Notes under the pieces: model-generated
What the model saw: the letters and a program-made list of their open reading frames with translations, nothing else
Told to the model about the DNA's origin: nothing
The model's database searches: none
Assembly (NCBI GenBank): GCA_015488295.1
Contig: WFOC01000003.1
Coordinates: 1-52,421 of the forward strand
DNA from: Gammaproteobacteria bacterium
GTDB lineage: Bacteria; Pseudomonadota; Gammaproteobacteria; SZUA-229
Direction of reading: 5' to 3'
DNA: 52,421 bases
Part shown: piece after piece, positions 51,064 to 52,421 of the stretch
How the letters are laid out: every line of letters begins with the position of its first letter
Numbering within the stretch: the first letter of the stretch is position 1
Position numbers and translations under genes: made by a program

Positions 51064-51160
51064 AACAATCAGCAGTTCTAATGGACGAGATAGATAGTTC
51101 AGAAGAACAAGGCGCATGAATCTTTTAACAAACTGTATAAACTTAAATGAGGGTTTAACA

Positions 51161-51790
51161 ATGAAAACTTTACTAACAATTGCTGCTGCAACTATCTTAG
51201 CTACTTCTACTGCTGTTTCTGCTGATTGGGATATGCCTTTCTTCGGTGACAACAACAATTCAAACTACAACGGTAACAACAACTGGAACAACAACGGTAA
51301 CGGTGCTGGCGACTTCGACGGCGACGGCGAGTTTGACGGTTCTTTCTCTTTCGGTATGAAAGCTTCCGGTAAAGGCCGTGGTAAAGGTAACAGTAACGGT
51401 TCTTACTACGGTGACAACTACTACAACGGTAACAACGGTTACAATAGTTCTAACGGTTCTTACAACAACACCAATGGTTACTACAACGGTAACAACAACT
51501 GGAACAACAACGGTAACGGTTCTGGTGACTTCGACGGCGACGGCGAATTTGACGGTTCTTTCTCTTTTGGCATGAAAGCAAAAGCCAAAGGCCACGGTCG
51601 TGGTAACGGCAATGGCAACTGGGACAACAACAGCTACTACAACGGTTCTAACGGTTACTACAACGGTTATAACGGCTACCGCGGCTATGCTCCTTATGGC
51701 TACGCTCCAGCACCTCAGGCAGCCCCTGCACCACAGGCTGCACCAGCTGTAGCTGCACCAGCTGCTGAAGCAAAAACAGAAGCTAAATAA
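51161..51790 (+). CDS. sulfur globule envelope protein-like, paralogue 2
   Basis: Same architecture as 49152-49748, near-identical signal peptide and tail; GAGG RBS before ATG 51161. Confidence 0.72.
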   Translation: MKTLLTIAAATILATSTAVSADWDMPFFGDNNNSNYNGNNNWNNNGNGAGDFDGDGEFDGSFSFGMKASGKGRGKGNSNGSYYGDNYYNGNNGYNSSNGSYNNTNGYYNGNNNWNNNGNGSGDFDGDGEFDGSFSFGMKAKAKGHGRGNGNGNWDNNSYYNGSNGYYNGYNGYRGYAPYGYAPAPQAAPAPQAAPAVAAPAAEAKTEAK

Positions 51791-51823
51791 GCTGACGTTT
51801 TAAGCTTTATCTAAAGCTATACG

Positions 51824-51858
51824 AAGGCCGTGTCATGCTAAATGACACGGCCTTTTTT
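51824..51858 (+). terminator. intrinsic terminator
   Basis: AAGGCCGTGTCAT...ATGACACGGCC-TTTTTT. Confidence 0.9.
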
Positions 51859-52012
51859 ATGTACAGGATGTACGGTATGTCACAAGGAGCCATGGATGGC
51901 GATGTGACGTGTACAGGATGTACGGACAGATATTTGCTCCTCGGCAATTGCTCCTCGATAATTGCTCCTGCATTATTCTACTTACGGGCATCCCGCCCTA
52001 ATGCATTGCCCT
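51859..52012. repeat. GGA-loop structured repeat, copy 2, plus three (A/T)TTGCTCCT units
   Basis: 51859-51908 matches 49813-49862; TTGCTCCT occurs three times in 51933-51970 (AGGAGCAA on minus strand). Confidence 0.65.
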
Positions 52013-52144
52013 AATAGGTTACATCCATGTAACGATGCAATATCTGCACTTCCACCATCCCATAAATCAGCATCTGACCAGGCACTCTCTGCCAGCTTTG
52101 TTAAAAATCAGCGGCTATCGAACATCTGTCAACTGCCAGGAAGA

Positions 52145-52290
52145 GAAGTTGGCAGTTTGCAGTCGGCAGTTATCAGTTAAAAACAAAAAATTTGAAAACC
52201 ACGTGATTTGCCGCACAAGCAATGCTTTTGCTTTTTACTGCCAACTGCCAACTGCCAACTGATAACTGATAACTGATAACTGCCAACTTC
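52145..52290. repeat. heptamer tandem repeats arranged as inverted arms
   Basis: GAAGTTGGCAGTTTGCAGTCGGCAGTTATCAGTT ... (AACTGCC/AACTGAT)n AACTTC; same family as the outer arms at 27570-27798. Confidence 0.85.
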
Positions 52291-52357
52291 GCCTTTGACT
52301 CAATAACAGACCCCGGCTTCTGGCACTCCATAATCCGCACATACCCCCTCTGTCATA

Positions 52358-52386
52358 TGGCTAATATTCGCATTTTCTAATATAAT
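52358..52386 (+). promoter_or_regulatory. sigma70 promoter with overlapping ATATT-N10-AATAT operator (copy 3; gene lies beyond the window)
   Basis: TGGCTA-17-TATAAT; operator at 52364-52383; followed by the same GCGCATGAA leader motif. Confidence 0.6.
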
Positions 52387-52421
52387 TCGGCGCATGATTC
52401 AGAAGAATCACAGCGCATGAA

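Noticed and set aside
51260-51595. Val/Thr-rich ORFs overlapping the sgp-like genes
   Set aside because: Alternate-frame read-outs of the AAC/GGT codon repeats.
47280-52290. Heptamer and GGA repeats as CRISPR-like arrays
   Set aside because: Units are 7-10 nt tandem or inverted repeats without unique spacers of regular length.

Overview
Chromosomal window of a gammaproteobacterium, probably a sulfur oxidiser (two sulfur-globule-protein paralogues, CbbQ/CbbO-type pair). Positions 1-8300 are an AT-richer accessory island carrying an unusual type I-C-like CRISPR-Cas effector operon. On the minus strand it reads: WYL regulator, [opposite-strand frameshifted hicA + hicB], Tat-signal HIRAN protein, cas5, cas8c (with internal cas11 start), cas7, cas3. 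No CRISPR array and no cas1/cas2/cas4 are visible in the window. A palindrome with WYL-activator promoter geometry lies directly upstream of the operon. This is the best candidate for an undescribed system. The rest is mostly core genome: yejABEF, fabI, DAACS symporter, ppiD, tRNA-Asp/Val, hupB, lon, clpX, clpP, tig, tRNA-Pro/Arg/His/Leu plus a degenerate tRNA, folD, a DUF1538-PII-CBS module, tatD, rsmJ (no canonical start codon), yajQ, GGDEF/PilZ genes, trmJ, suhB, gmm, a cytochrome c'-FadL-DUF2892 operon with a divergent two-component system, bolA, rlmM, cbbQ/O-like genes, sbcB and a sulfur globule protein cluster with a repeated promoter/operator/leader motif. Several palindromic heptamer, nonamer and REP-like elements lie in intergenic spaces. 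All calls are by eye from sequence motifs; no database searches were run.
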